This document shows, in pieces, positions 1 to 10,200 of a DNA stretch of 64,000 nucleotides; the stretch's first letter is position 1; every line of letters begins with the position of its first letter. Under the pieces are notes generated by a model. That model did not search any database. It saw only the letters and a program-made list of their open reading frames with translations, and was not told where the DNA came from. A program made the translations under genes and the position numbers. The DNA comes from Saprospiraceae bacterium (GTDB lineage Bacteria > Bacteroidota > Bacteroidia > Chitinophagales > Saprospiraceae): assembly GCA_016715245.1 (NCBI GenBank), contig JADKAS010000006.1, positions 20,870 through 84,869 on the forward strand, written 5' to 3'.

Positions 1-1
1 A

Positions 2-717
2 TCCAATGCCAGAGTAGCAAAAATCCTGAATGCAGGGGTCGTTATGATCGTGGAAGGAGGTATCGGAAGTACAATTGATATGCTGAATATGACCACCTCT
101 CTTTTCAGGGAAGAAAAAGTACCCATAATAGGGGTTATTATCAACAAAGTCATTCCTGAAAAAAAGGAAAAAGTAATTTATTATGTTGGAAAATGGCTTG
201 GACAGCAAAACTTGCCGTTATTGGGTGTTCTTCCGTATGAAAAAACACTGGCTTATCCTGTCATCAAAACCGTTTCGAAGCCATTTCCGGGGTTATTACA
301 TACAACGCCGATTATGCCAACAACAGAGTGGAGAGTATTCTGGCCGGATCGCTCATCGATCTGAAAGAGTTAAAAAGTTCTCAGGACTTATTATTAGTGG
401 TAGCTACACGATCTATTAATGATGCCATAAAAAAAATTGAATCTATGGCAAGACAACATGGCATAAAAAATTGCCCTCTAAGCGGTATTGTGGCTACCGG
501 TGACGGCAAAATAGAAAAACATACCCTCGAATACATTGAAGTAAATAAAATCCCCCTTATCCGGTCAGAACTGGATACTTATGGTGCTGTCATCAGTATC
601 AGTAAAATCGAGGTAAAAATAAATACAAGTACGCCATGGAAAGTGCAAATGGCCATCGACCTCATTCAAAACAACGTCGACCTGGAAGCCATACTCAATT
701 TTTCAAAATTAGCCTAA
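2..717 (+). CDS. BioD-like ATPase + DRTGG domain protein (phosphotransacetylase N-terminal-like), 5'-partial, one frame break
   Basis: Frame 2 is open from base 2 (SNARVAKILNAGVVMIVEGGIGSTID...IIGVIINKV...LLGVLPYEKTLAYPVIKT). Frame 1 continues FEAISGVITYNADYANNRVESILAGSLIDL...IVATGDGKIEKHTLEYIEVNKIPLIRSELDTYG (DRTGG-like) to TAA 715-717. The break maps to T-run 273-275. Confidence 0.6.
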
Positions 718-774
718 AGGGTTTCTCTGCATATTTGTTTTTCTGGATTGAACCATTTTGATCCGTTATTTGTT

Positions 775-860
775 ACTTTTTCTTTTGGGGTGCTTGCCCG
801 GCAAGGCAGGCTGAGATTATACCCATGGAACCTGTCCGGGTAATGCCGGAAAGGGAAAGT
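775..860 (+). promoter_or_regulatory. TPP (THI-box) riboswitch aptamer
   Basis: ttttGGGGTGCttgcccggcaaggcaggCTGAGAttatACCCatgGAACCTGtccGGGTAATGCCggaaAGGGAAagt carries the conserved THI-element blocks (GGGGUGC, CUGAGA, ACCC, AACCUG, UAAUGCC, AGGGAA) in canonical order. A possible P1 pairs 775-779 acttt with 856-860 aaagt. It lies about 100 nt upstream of a TonB-dependent receptor gene. Confidence 0.9.
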
Positions 861-898
861 GAATGGTCCGACTACCCTATCCTTTGACCATTCTTTTT
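861..898 (+). terminator. candidate intrinsic terminator (riboswitch expression platform)
   Basis: gaatggtc (861-868) is perfectly complementary to gaccattc (886-893) and is followed by ttttt (894-898). The 17-nt loop contains ccctatccttt, which could pair alternatively with the aptamer 3' strand aaagggaaag. Confidence 0.5.
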
Positions 899-958
899 AC
901 ACAAAATGGTATTTTGGATCAGGACAACAACACCCCATGATTAATAAATTCATACATC

Positions 959-3417
959 ATGAGGAACCTTTTGATTTATTTTTGTTTTTTGTATTCCTGC
1001 CTTGTTTCAGGGCAAAGCACGTTAGAAGGCAAAATTACCAATGGCGGCGGAGAGGCGTTGGAATTTGCCGTAGTTTTTCTGGAAGGAAGCCAGTGGGCAG
1101 CGTCTACTGACCAATACGGAAATTATCAAATTTCCGGTATCACACCCGGTGTGTACAGAATTAAGGTAACACACACCGCCTACCAATCAGTCTTTGACAC
1201 CTTAACCTTTTCTGACCAGAATATGGTAAAACATTTTATCATGCCCGTCTTTATGTATGAATTAATGTCCATTCAAATTATTGCCAATAAACTAAATCAA
1301 AACAACCCCTTCCGATATACACTTCTGGACAAAGACAAAATTCCCAATAAAAATACAGGCGTTGATATACCCGCCTTGTTGCAAAATACACCATCTCTCC
1401 TTGTCACCAGTGACGCCGGAAATGGCATCGGATATTCATCATTGAGTATCAGAGGCAGTGATCAAACCCGTATTAATGTAAACATCAATGGTGTTCCTGT
1501 CAATGATGCCGAGTCTCAAAACGTGTTTTGGGTCAATATGCCCGACCTGAGCAGCTCTACCCAATCGGTACAGATACAAAGAGCGATTGGCGCTTCCACC
1601 AACGGTCCTGGCGCTTTCGGCGGAAGTGTATTGCTGGATACGAAAACCATTCACCAAAATCCATTTTTAACCCTTGCAGGTAGTTTAGGCTCCTTTATGT
1701 CGTCCAAAGGAAATTTGGCTTTAGGCACAGGCCTAATGAATGACCGGTATTATGTGGAGGGCAGGTATAGTCATATTTTATCTGATGGTTTTATTGACAG
1801 AGCAAAAAGTAAACTCAGTGGAATCTATCTTGCAGCCGGAAGTGTAACTCAAAAATCATCCTTACGGTTTCAGATCATTTCCGGCAAGGAAATTACCTAC
1901 CAGGCCTGGAACGGTGTACCTGAATCCAAGGTTTTGGCACCCAAAATGACCTTCAACAACATTACAACAGAAACCTGGGCACTCTCTACAAATCGCAACT
2001 GGACTCAAGCAATTTATTTTCTTCCGACCGCCGTTATAATTACTACACCTATGAAAATCAGGTGGACAATTACCGGCAAACCCAATCCCAGGTTTCATAC
2101 AACCAGGAACTGAATAAAAACCTATCCTTCCAGGCCACAGGTTTTTACACCTTCGGTTCCGGTTACTTCGAACAATTTCGGTTTGACGATACCCTGGAAG
2201 ATTATGGATTTACCGGCGTCACCGATACCAGCGGCAATGAGGTTCTTAGCGGAAACCTGGCGCGAAGAAGATGGCTGCGCAACCACTTTTATGGAATTCT
2301 GGCAGATGTAAAAGGAGAAATCAACCAAGACCATCAATGGCAGGCAGGTATTTTTGCCAGTAATTACGATGGTAATCACTTCGGTGAAATCGTCAAAACA
2401 TGGTTTGAAACCAACAGCCCCATTTGGAACAAGTATTACAACAGCAAAGGTCAGAAAAAAGATGTGTCCGGCTATGCGCGTTACACCGGTAAAATGGGAA
2501 ATGTTTTTTCTTTGTATGGAGATGTACAGCTTCGTAAAGTAGATTATAGCATTCAGGGATTGCTGGATGACCGGCGCATCGCGGATATTCAAAAAAAATA
2601 TTTGTTTTTTAATCCCAAAGCCGGCATGACGATTCAAGTCTCAAAACAAAACAACATAATGTTTTCCTGGGCGGTGGCGAATAGAGAACCCGCCCGAAGC
2701 GATTTTACGGATCATATCGGCTTAAATAGCGATCCCAAACCGGAAAGAATGTACAATTACGAACTGGCTTTCCGCCACAAAGGGGAATTGGTAAATATTC
2801 AAACCGGCTTATATTTTATGGACTACCGAAATCAATTGGTTTTGAATGGCAATCTCAACGACGTAGGTGCCCCATTGCGGATCAATGTGCCAAAAAGTTA
2901 TCGTTTGGGCTGGGAATCCGAAGCGGAATACCACCTCCATAAACACTGGACGGTATTGGGCAATCTTACCCTGAGTCAAAACAGGATTCTCAATTTTGAA
3001 GAAGTCATTTACGATTATACAAACGGCTTTGAGGTTTTGGTACATCCTTTGGGCAATACACCTATATCCTACTCTCCCGCTGTCATGGGTTCTTTGGAGA
3101 TTTTGTACAGTCTAAATAAAGAAATGTCTATTGCCTGGACAGGCAAATATGTTTCGAAACAATATCTTGACAATACCGGAAAAAGTGACCGCACGATTCC
3201 GGCATTTCACGTACATTCTTTAAGAGCATCGTACGTTTTGAAGCCAAAGTTTTGCAAAGAACTGACCTTCCACTTACTCATTCAAAACCTGTTCAACCGG
3301 ATATATGTAAATTCCGGCTACACCTACAGTTACATTTTCGGACAGCCGGTTAGAGAAAATTTTTATTTTCCACAGGCAGGCATCCATGGTTTCGGGGGAT
3401 TTGAGGTTAAATTTTAA
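959..3417 (+). CDS. TonB-dependent outer-membrane receptor with N-terminal carboxypeptidase-regulatory-like domain; one frame break (candidate thiamine-related transporter)
   Basis: ORFs 959-2113 and 2062-3417. Signal peptide, then GKITNGGGEALEFAVVFLEG...YGNYQISGITPGVYRIKVTHTAYQ (CarboxypepD_reg-like). Plug-like segment IPALLQNTPSLLVTSDAGNGIGYSSLSIRGSDQTRINVNINGVPVNDAESQ. Beta-barrel with terminal aromatic ...GFGGFEVKF. Frame 1 reads GFGTQNDLQQHYNRNLGTLYKSQLDSSNLFSSDRRYNYYTYENQVDNYRQ from about 1930, so the break is at 1928-1935. Confidence 0.85.
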
Positions 3418-3422
3418 ATTTA

Positions 3423-3458
3423 TTGGTGAATTGGTGAATTGGTGAATTGGTGAATTGA
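3423..3458. repeat. tandem octamer (TTGGTGAA) x4.5
   Basis: ttggtgaa ttggtgaa ttggtgaa ttggtgaa ttga read directly, starting 6 nt after the receptor stop codon. Confidence 0.95.
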
Positions 3459-3657
3459 GAAATTGTCTTTGTCTTTTCATAAATATAATGTGTAGAAATA
3501 ATAATCTTAAATTCTGGATAACAAAGAGAGTAATTATTTAATTTATTTCATGAAGAATGATAAAATTATTTGGCGCAATTCAATTATAAAACATTTGCAA
3601 AACCATTTGCCCTAAAACCAACACTGCTCTTTTTTCGTTATACCCTAAAATAATGGT

Positions 3658-4127
3658 ATGTCCCATCTTGATTTTTTACTGAAACATCATTTACAAAACC
3701 GCAAACTGCTTAAAAATTACTTTTATCGGTGGATGAAAGCCAGGCCAATGAAATACCTCCTTTTTTCAACAACAATATCATTTGGAATTGCGCCCATGTC
3801 ATCGCTGTACAACAAAGCCTCATCTATCAGTTGTGTTGCAAAACACCCAGAGCTGACAAATCGATTATCCGCCAATTTACAATAGGGACAAAACCTACCG
3901 AATATTTTGAAACCGGTTTTATAGAAAATATTGGCGAGCTACTTCTTTCTACTTCCGTACAGATGGCAGAAGATCTGAATAATGAAGAATTTATCGTTGG
4001 CCAACCCTTTATGACGGCGATCAAAGTGGAACTGACCCAAGTAGAAGAAGTACTGGCTTTCACCAATTACCACGAAGGTTTACATCTCGGTGTTATCACC
4101 AGTTTATTAAAATGTATTCAAAAATGA
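3658..4127 (+). CDS. DinB-superfamily protein, one frame break
   Basis: ORFs 3658-3885 and 3729-4127. The second piece has NNNIIWNCAHVIAVQQSLIY...FTNYHEGLHLGVITSL, typical of DinB_2-type four-helix proteins. Frame 0 is open from 3714, so the join lies near A5 3712-3716 or T4 3721-3724. Confidence 0.55.
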
Positions 4128-4987
4128 TGGACCTTCCCATTAAAATCATAGAATGTCCACGGGATGCCATGCAAGGCTTGCATAATTTTATCCCTACAGA
4201 AAAAAAAATTGATTACATAAATCAATTGCTGAAAGTCGGTTTTGACACGATTGATTTTGGAAGTTTTGTTTCGCCCAAAGCGATTCCACAAATGAAAGAT
4301 ACGGAAGAAGTTTTGGCATCTCTTGAGGTAAATGAAAGCAAAACCAAACTTCTGGCCATTATTGCCAATCAACGGGGTGCTTTGGATGCCGTCAAACACC
4401 ACCAAATTGAATACCTTGGTTATCCTTTTTCCATTTCTGAGACCTTTCAGTTGAGGAATACGAATGCCACCATTGAAGAATCACTGGAAAGGGTTGCTGA
4501 GATTCAAAACCTTTGTATTACCCACAACAAAAAGCTGGTCGTTTACATCAGCATGGGTTTTGGAAATCCTTACGGAGATTTGTGGAGTGTGGAAATATGC
4601 CAGAAATGGGTAGACAGACTTACCGCCATGGATATAAAAATTCTGGCCCTTTCAGATACCATCGGCGTCGCTACACCGGATAGTATTGCTTATCTTTTTA
4701 AATATTTGATTCCACCCTACCCTGATGTTGAATTTGGCGCCCATCTCCACACCCAAAAACACAATTGGAAAGAAAAAATTGAAGCCGCTTTTGAAAGTGG
4801 CTGCAGGCGATTTGACGGAGCCCTAAAAGGGTATGGCGGTTGTCCTATGGCAAAAGATGAATTGACCGGAAATATGCCTACGGAAAATCTTGTTACCTTT
4901 TTTAATGAAAAAAACATTCCTATCGGCATCAATAGCGAAGAACTGGAAAATGCAGAAAAAATGACTTTTTCTGTTTTCAACGGATGA
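4112..4987 (+). CDS. hydroxymethylglutaryl-CoA lyase
   Basis: IKIIECPRDAMQGLHNFIPTEKKIDYINQLLKVGFDTIDFGSFVSPKAIPQM...ALSDTIGVATP...FGAHLH...FDGALKGYGGCPMA matches the HMGL-like TIM-barrel family. ATG 4124 or 4127 are alternative starts. Confidence 0.85.
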   Translation: MYSKMMDLPIKIIECPRDAMQGLHNFIPTEKKIDYINQLLKVGFDTIDFGSFVSPKAIPQMKDTEEVLASLEVNESKTKLLAIIANQRGALDAVKHHQIEYLGYPFSISETFQLRNTNATIEESLERVAEIQNLCITHNKKLVVYISMGFGNPYGDLWSVEICQKWVDRLTAMDIKILALSDTIGVATPDSIAYLFKYLIPPYPDVEFGAHLHTQKHNWKEKIEAAFESGCRRFDGALKGYGGCPMAKDELTGNMPTENLVTFFNEKNIPIGINSEELENAEKMTFSVFNG

Positions 4988-5001
4988 TACAAGTCTGCCT
5001 C

Positions 5002-6314
5002 TTAAAATTCTGTGGTAATGTGAAGGAAACCTTCTGAAGAAATAGCAGAAGCAAATGTGATAGAAATTCCTACCGACAATAAAGCCACTACTTCCCCACT
5101 CTGATCAATCAATACCCGGACGTCTTTTTTTTGAAAAGAGGGAATTTTTTTTTCTGCCAATAATTTTTTAATATCTTTTTTACTTCCTTTCATTTGTAAT
5201 GGCTTGAAAACGTCTGAATTTTTCCATGTACGAAGGAAAAGCGGAAAGTGTAGTTTTGATATATCAATTCCCTTATTTTCTCCTATGGGAAGTTTTTCTA
5301 TCTTGCTAAAAGAGATCTTCTTATTATCCAACTTAAGGAAAAAAGGAAGATGGGAAATCTCATGGATGTCGTCAGAAATGGGTTCGCCCAACAATGGTCT
5401 CACCACCCAAAAATCAGGTTCAACGCTCAGAATATAGGCATCATTTTTAACATAATTTCCTGTGACCTGATGGTGAAATAAAGCATTGACCTGCGATTGA
5501 TTAAAACCAAATTTTTCCAGCAAAAAATACAACATCAAACCCTGGTTTTTCATTTTTAGTAAGGGTTCAATATGGAGAAAATACAAATTATCCTTTCTGG
5601 AAATACAGGTATTTCTGTATACTTCCAACAAATCCTGAAAGAGCTCATTATTATCCTGCAGGTTTTTTATCGTTGTGTAAAACCCTTCTCTTTTTCTGTA
5701 ATCATGGGAATCAAAAACAGGCAATATTTTGTTTCGAATAAAATTTCGGGTATACTTTGTTTGTTGGTTGCTGGAATCTTCTCTGTAAAGGATGTTGTTG
5801 TCTGTTGCAAAATTCTGTAAATCTTTTCTTGTGGCAAATAAAAGTGGCCGAATTACTTTATCATTCTGTACCGGAATTGCGGCAAGGCCTTGCAAACCTG
5901 TTCCACGCATGGTATTGATAAAAAAAGTTTCCAAGACATCGTCTTTATGATGTGCTGTGGCTATTTTATCATAACCTTTATTTTCTGCAATCTGGTAAAA
6001 ATCTTATATCTTATTCCCCTTGCTTTCTCCTGCAAATTGGAACCCACCAACAAGTCTTCAGGAATATTTTCGGTATAAAAAGTAATGGAATGGGTATCAC
6101 AGAATTTTTTAACAAACAATGCATCCGCATCCGATTCACCTCCTCTTAATTGGTGATTGATATGGACAATGGCAAAAGGAAATTCGCTTTTCAAAAACAG
6201 ATATGCCATGACCATAGAGTCTATACCTCCCGAAACCGCAAGTAACGTCCGGTCACCTTGATGGAGAAGTTGTTTACTGACGACAAATTTTAAAAATTCT
6301 TCCTGTACATTCAT
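5002..6314 (-). CDS. tilS: tRNA(Ile)-lysidine synthase, one frame break
   Basis: N-terminal piece (stop at 5961, ATG at 6312-6314: MNVQEEF...LLAVSGGIDSMVMAYLF, PP-loop SGGxDS). C-terminal piece 5002-5934 (TMRGTGLQGLAAI...). The second frame read upstream gives YQIAENKGYDKIATAHHKDDVLETFFINTMRGTG (TilS AHHxDD motif). The join is at the A5 run 6007-6011. Confidence 0.85.
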
Positions 6315-6399
6315 CGTTGCAAAAATACAACTACAAATGTTGTAAGGCCACTTTTTGAATAAAATAGCGCATTTCTTTACAAAAAAATATGAATTTTTA

Positions 6400-6407
6400 T
6401 ACTTTTG
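6400..6407 (+). promoter_or_regulatory. Bacteroidota -7 box (TACTTTTG)
   Basis: Exact TAnnTTTG match 19 nt upstream of ATG 6426. Confidence 0.35.
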
Positions 6408-6425
6408 CATTCAAAAATGAATAAT

Positions 6426-7003
6426 ATGTCGAAAGTCACCCTCTCCTGTTTTGTCATCCTGCTTATGTTTACCTGTAAAGAAAAGGAAGATAAAAAAATC
6501 ATGGCTTCAAAACCAACTGAAGAAGCGATCAAAATCAATCAGAGTGCCAATATTGAAGCTTTTTTCCCTTATTAAATCAATCTGATGTATCCACCAATGA
6601 AGTGGCTGCATACAGAAAATCAGCTTTCGACATCGTCCATTACCGAAACAAAGAACAAGGTAATAAAGTGTATATCATTCTTGAAAAAGATCAATGGAAG
6701 GTGGAAGCCGTTTTTAAAGGCAGCAGCTTTATCCGACATGACAGTATTGGTGTGAAGTGGATTGATTTTAAAGACAATTTTACCTATGATTACGGAATGG
6801 ACAAAGAAAAAAAAGGAAGTGGTATATATACTTATAATTTTGATACGGGTCTTTTGTTGATGGTCGACGACGATATCAGCATCAAACCCAATGAATACAA
6901 TGTAAAAATACACAATGACATCATCATTTTGGAAGGTAAGTCAACGTATGAAGACAATAATATACAGGCAAAACTGGGCAGGTTGTCCACATCAAAAAAG
7001 TGA
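6426..7003 (+). CDS. hypothetical lipoprotein, one frame break
   Basis: ATG 6426 opens MSKVTLSCFVILLMFTCKEKE (lipobox-like LMFTC) and stops at 6573-6575. Frame 2 is open from 6557 and reads FFPLLNQSDVSTNEVAAYRK into ORF 6602-7003. The join is in T6C3 6560-6568. No family recognised. Confidence 0.45.
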
Positions 7004-7172
7004 CCACAATATTTAACTAAAAACAGTTTATTACCTTACAGATTATATTAATTTTAGGTTATATTTTTAAAATAATACCAATTTTAATAACTGATTATCA
7101 ATAATATATATAAAATATATATTTGTATATTAAATATTTCAAAGTTTCGTTTATCTCTTCGAATAATTTTTC

Positions 7173-7180
7173 TACCTTTG
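7173..7180 (+). promoter_or_regulatory. Bacteroidota -7 box (TACCTTTG)
   Basis: Exact TAnnTTTG match in the AT-rich 239-nt region upstream of giant gene 1, 63 nt before ATG 7243. Confidence 0.35.
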
Positions 7181-7242
7181 CCCGGTAAAAGTGTTTCTAA
7201 GCACATTTGCAGATTATTAGAACCTATAACCAACTCTGAAGG

Positions 7243-10200
7243 ATGAAAGATCTCATGATTCCCCCAACTTCACGTTATTACATATCGTTTACTAAATGTG
7301 TATTAATGTTAACCTTATTGTCATTTCTGCCTATATCTCAAACAGAAGGACAAAACTGGACCCCAGTGGAAAGTTCAGAAATCACCATCCAAACAGGAAG
7401 TATAGACATTGTACCAAACAAGTTTCAACTTTACAGAGTTAATGATGCAGAAATAAAAGCTATTCTGGATGATGCACCTACCGAAGAAGAAAAAGTCGAT
7501 GGAGATATGTCCATGGGAAAAAATGTAATCATAAAACTTGGGTTACCTGACGGAGAATCAGAAGAATTTATGATTTATGAATATAAAATGATGGAATCCG
7601 GCCTAGCTTCACAATTTCCTGATTTTAAAACTTATTATGGAAATTCCATTTCAAATCCTTTACATCATGTAAGAATTGACTACACAACTCATGGTTTAAG
7701 AGCTATGATTTTATCTCCTGACGGAAGTATTTTTATCGACCACTTCCAGCGAAATGATAAAAACCATAAAATTGTTTATTATAAAAAAGATTTCAGCAAA
7801 CCCATAACCTGGTTTTGTGGTGTAAAGGGGAACGGATTTTCGGAAAGGGATAAAAATAAAATTGATTCAAGGATCGGCGATTGTGGCATCAGACACCAAT
7901 ACCGTCTTGCCATAGCTGCTACAGGTGAATATACAACATTTCACGGAGGTACAGTGGCTTTAGCCATGGCTGCCATTATGACTACCATGAACAGGGTAAA
8001 CGGTGTGTTTGAAAAGGATTGTGCGGTTAGAATGATATTGGTGGCTAATAACAGTTCAATAGTGTATACAAACCCGGCTACAGACCCATATACGAATGGA
8101 GATCCTGATATGATGATAAATCAAAATCAGGCAAACATTGATGCAGTTATTGGAAATGCCAATTACGATATAGGACACGTTTTCGGAACCAATTCGGGTG
8201 GTTTAGCCGGTTTGGGTGTGACATGTGCCGCAGGTGCCAAAGCACTTGGTGTGACAGGTAGTAGCGCACCGATAGGAGACCCATTTGATATTGACTACGT
8301 CGCTCATGAAATAGGACATCAGTTTAACGCCAATCACACACAATATAATGATTGCAACAGAAATAACCCGACTTCCGTTGAACCGGGTAGTGCTTCCACA
8401 ATTATGGGTTACGCAGGTATTTGTCCTCCTGATGTTCAAAGCAACAGCAATGATTATTTCAGTACAGCCAGTTTATATGAAATACGGCCTTTTGTGGTAA
8501 GTAATACCTGTGATGTAGAAGTTGTGGTTACAAATTCAGCGCCTTCTGTTACAGCATTGAGTAATTATTCAATACCAACTTCTACACCATTTGTACTTAC
8601 AGCTTCAGCCAGTGATCCTAATGGTATGTTGACTTATTGTTGGGAACAGATTGATATATTTACAGGTACTCTGAGGACTATGCCTCCGGCTGCTACAAAT
8701 GTGGACGGTCCTATGTTCAGGTCTTTAACTCCTATAGTGAGTCCATTGAGGTATTTCCCCAATTTACCGGACGTTTTAAATAATGTAAATCCAACATGGG
8801 AAGAATTGCCATCTGTTGGAAGGCCTATGAATTTCAGAGTCACCGTAAGAGATAATTTTGCAACTGCAGGTTGTACTGGTGAAGCACAAAATATAGTTAC
8901 TACAGTGGCTGGAACCGGACCTTTTTTGGTTACTTCCCCTAATACTGCAGTTACGTATACAGGAAATTCGTCACAAACTATTACCTGGAATGTGGCCGGC
9001 ACAACAGCAGCACCCGTTAGTTGTGCTAATGTAAATATACTTTTAACCACCGATGGAGGCACAACTTTCACTTCACTGGCGTCTAATACGGCAAATGATG
9101 GTTCTGAAAGTATAACCATTCCAAATATCACTACATCTACTGCAAGAGTCTGGATACAATGTGCCAATAACATATTTTATGATGTTTCTAATGTTAATTT
9201 TACTATTCAGGCAGCTTTACCCCCTTGTGCTGATCTGGTTTTTCCAAGTTGTACGACCGCTGTCAACATTGATTTTGCCGGTTTTGGAGGAGCAGGTTTT
9301 TCTCCTATGCCCAATGCCAATCAACTTTGCTCCAACCACTGGGCATGGACAGGCTGGAGTAATGGTAATTTAGCTTTCGGGGGTACACAAACCACGGCCA
9401 ACACAGATTACACCAGAGGAAATACGCCTGGTGGTGTAACAACAGGCGGTATTTACTCTTTAAATAACGGCGCTTTATATATACAGCCAGGAGGAAGTGA
9501 TTGGGCACCCGGTACAGCAACACTGAGGATTCAAAATACTTCGGGTTCCAACATGACGGATATGATGGTTGGCTATGACCTGCTGGTAAGAAATGATCAG
9601 GCGAGAAGTAATAGTTTTAATTTTTCTTACTCACTGGATGACATAACATATACTCCGGTTGCATCTCTGGATTTTACATCAACTGCAGCAGCAGATGCAA
9701 TGCCAACAATTGTTACTGTTCCAAGGTCAACAACATTAACCGGACTTACCCTTGCCAACAATGCATACATTTATTTCAGATGGTCAGGTGCCGATGTCGG
9801 AGGAAGTGGTTCAAGAGACGAGTTTGGTTTGGACAATCTTTCATTTACACCTGCTTGTAATAATTGCCCCAGCTTTACAAATTTTACGCCTAATAATGTT
9901 ACCGTTGTAAACAGCACATGTTCAGCACCGACTTGTATGCTTATGGGAGGTATAATAAATGCGGCAGTAAATAATTGCCCTTCAGGATCAACATTACAGT
10001 ATTCGACCGACGCCGGAATGACCTGGAGTACAACGGTTCCTGTATATGATCAGGATGGTCCTTCACAAACTGTAATCACCAGATGTAACTGTGATTTGAA
10101 CAATGCTATAAGCAGTAGTCCTAGCAATCCTGTATCCACAAGTCCGGGCACTTGTCCTCCATCATGTAACTGTACATTAAATGGTATGGTTTCTAATGTA

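Noticed and set aside
2122-2637. 171-aa minus-strand ORF inside the TonB-dependent receptor gene (likewise 8634-9173 in giant gene 1 and 60292-60624 in nqrE)
   Set aside because: These are antisense to strongly supported genes, show no recognisable motifs, and their composition is typical of shadow ORFs.
3550-3606. 18-aa ORF MKNDKIIWRNSIIKHLQNHLP upstream of the DinB-like gene
   Set aside because: It is too short, shows no conservation signal I can assess, and has no clear link to the downstream frame. It cannot be supported from the sequence alone.
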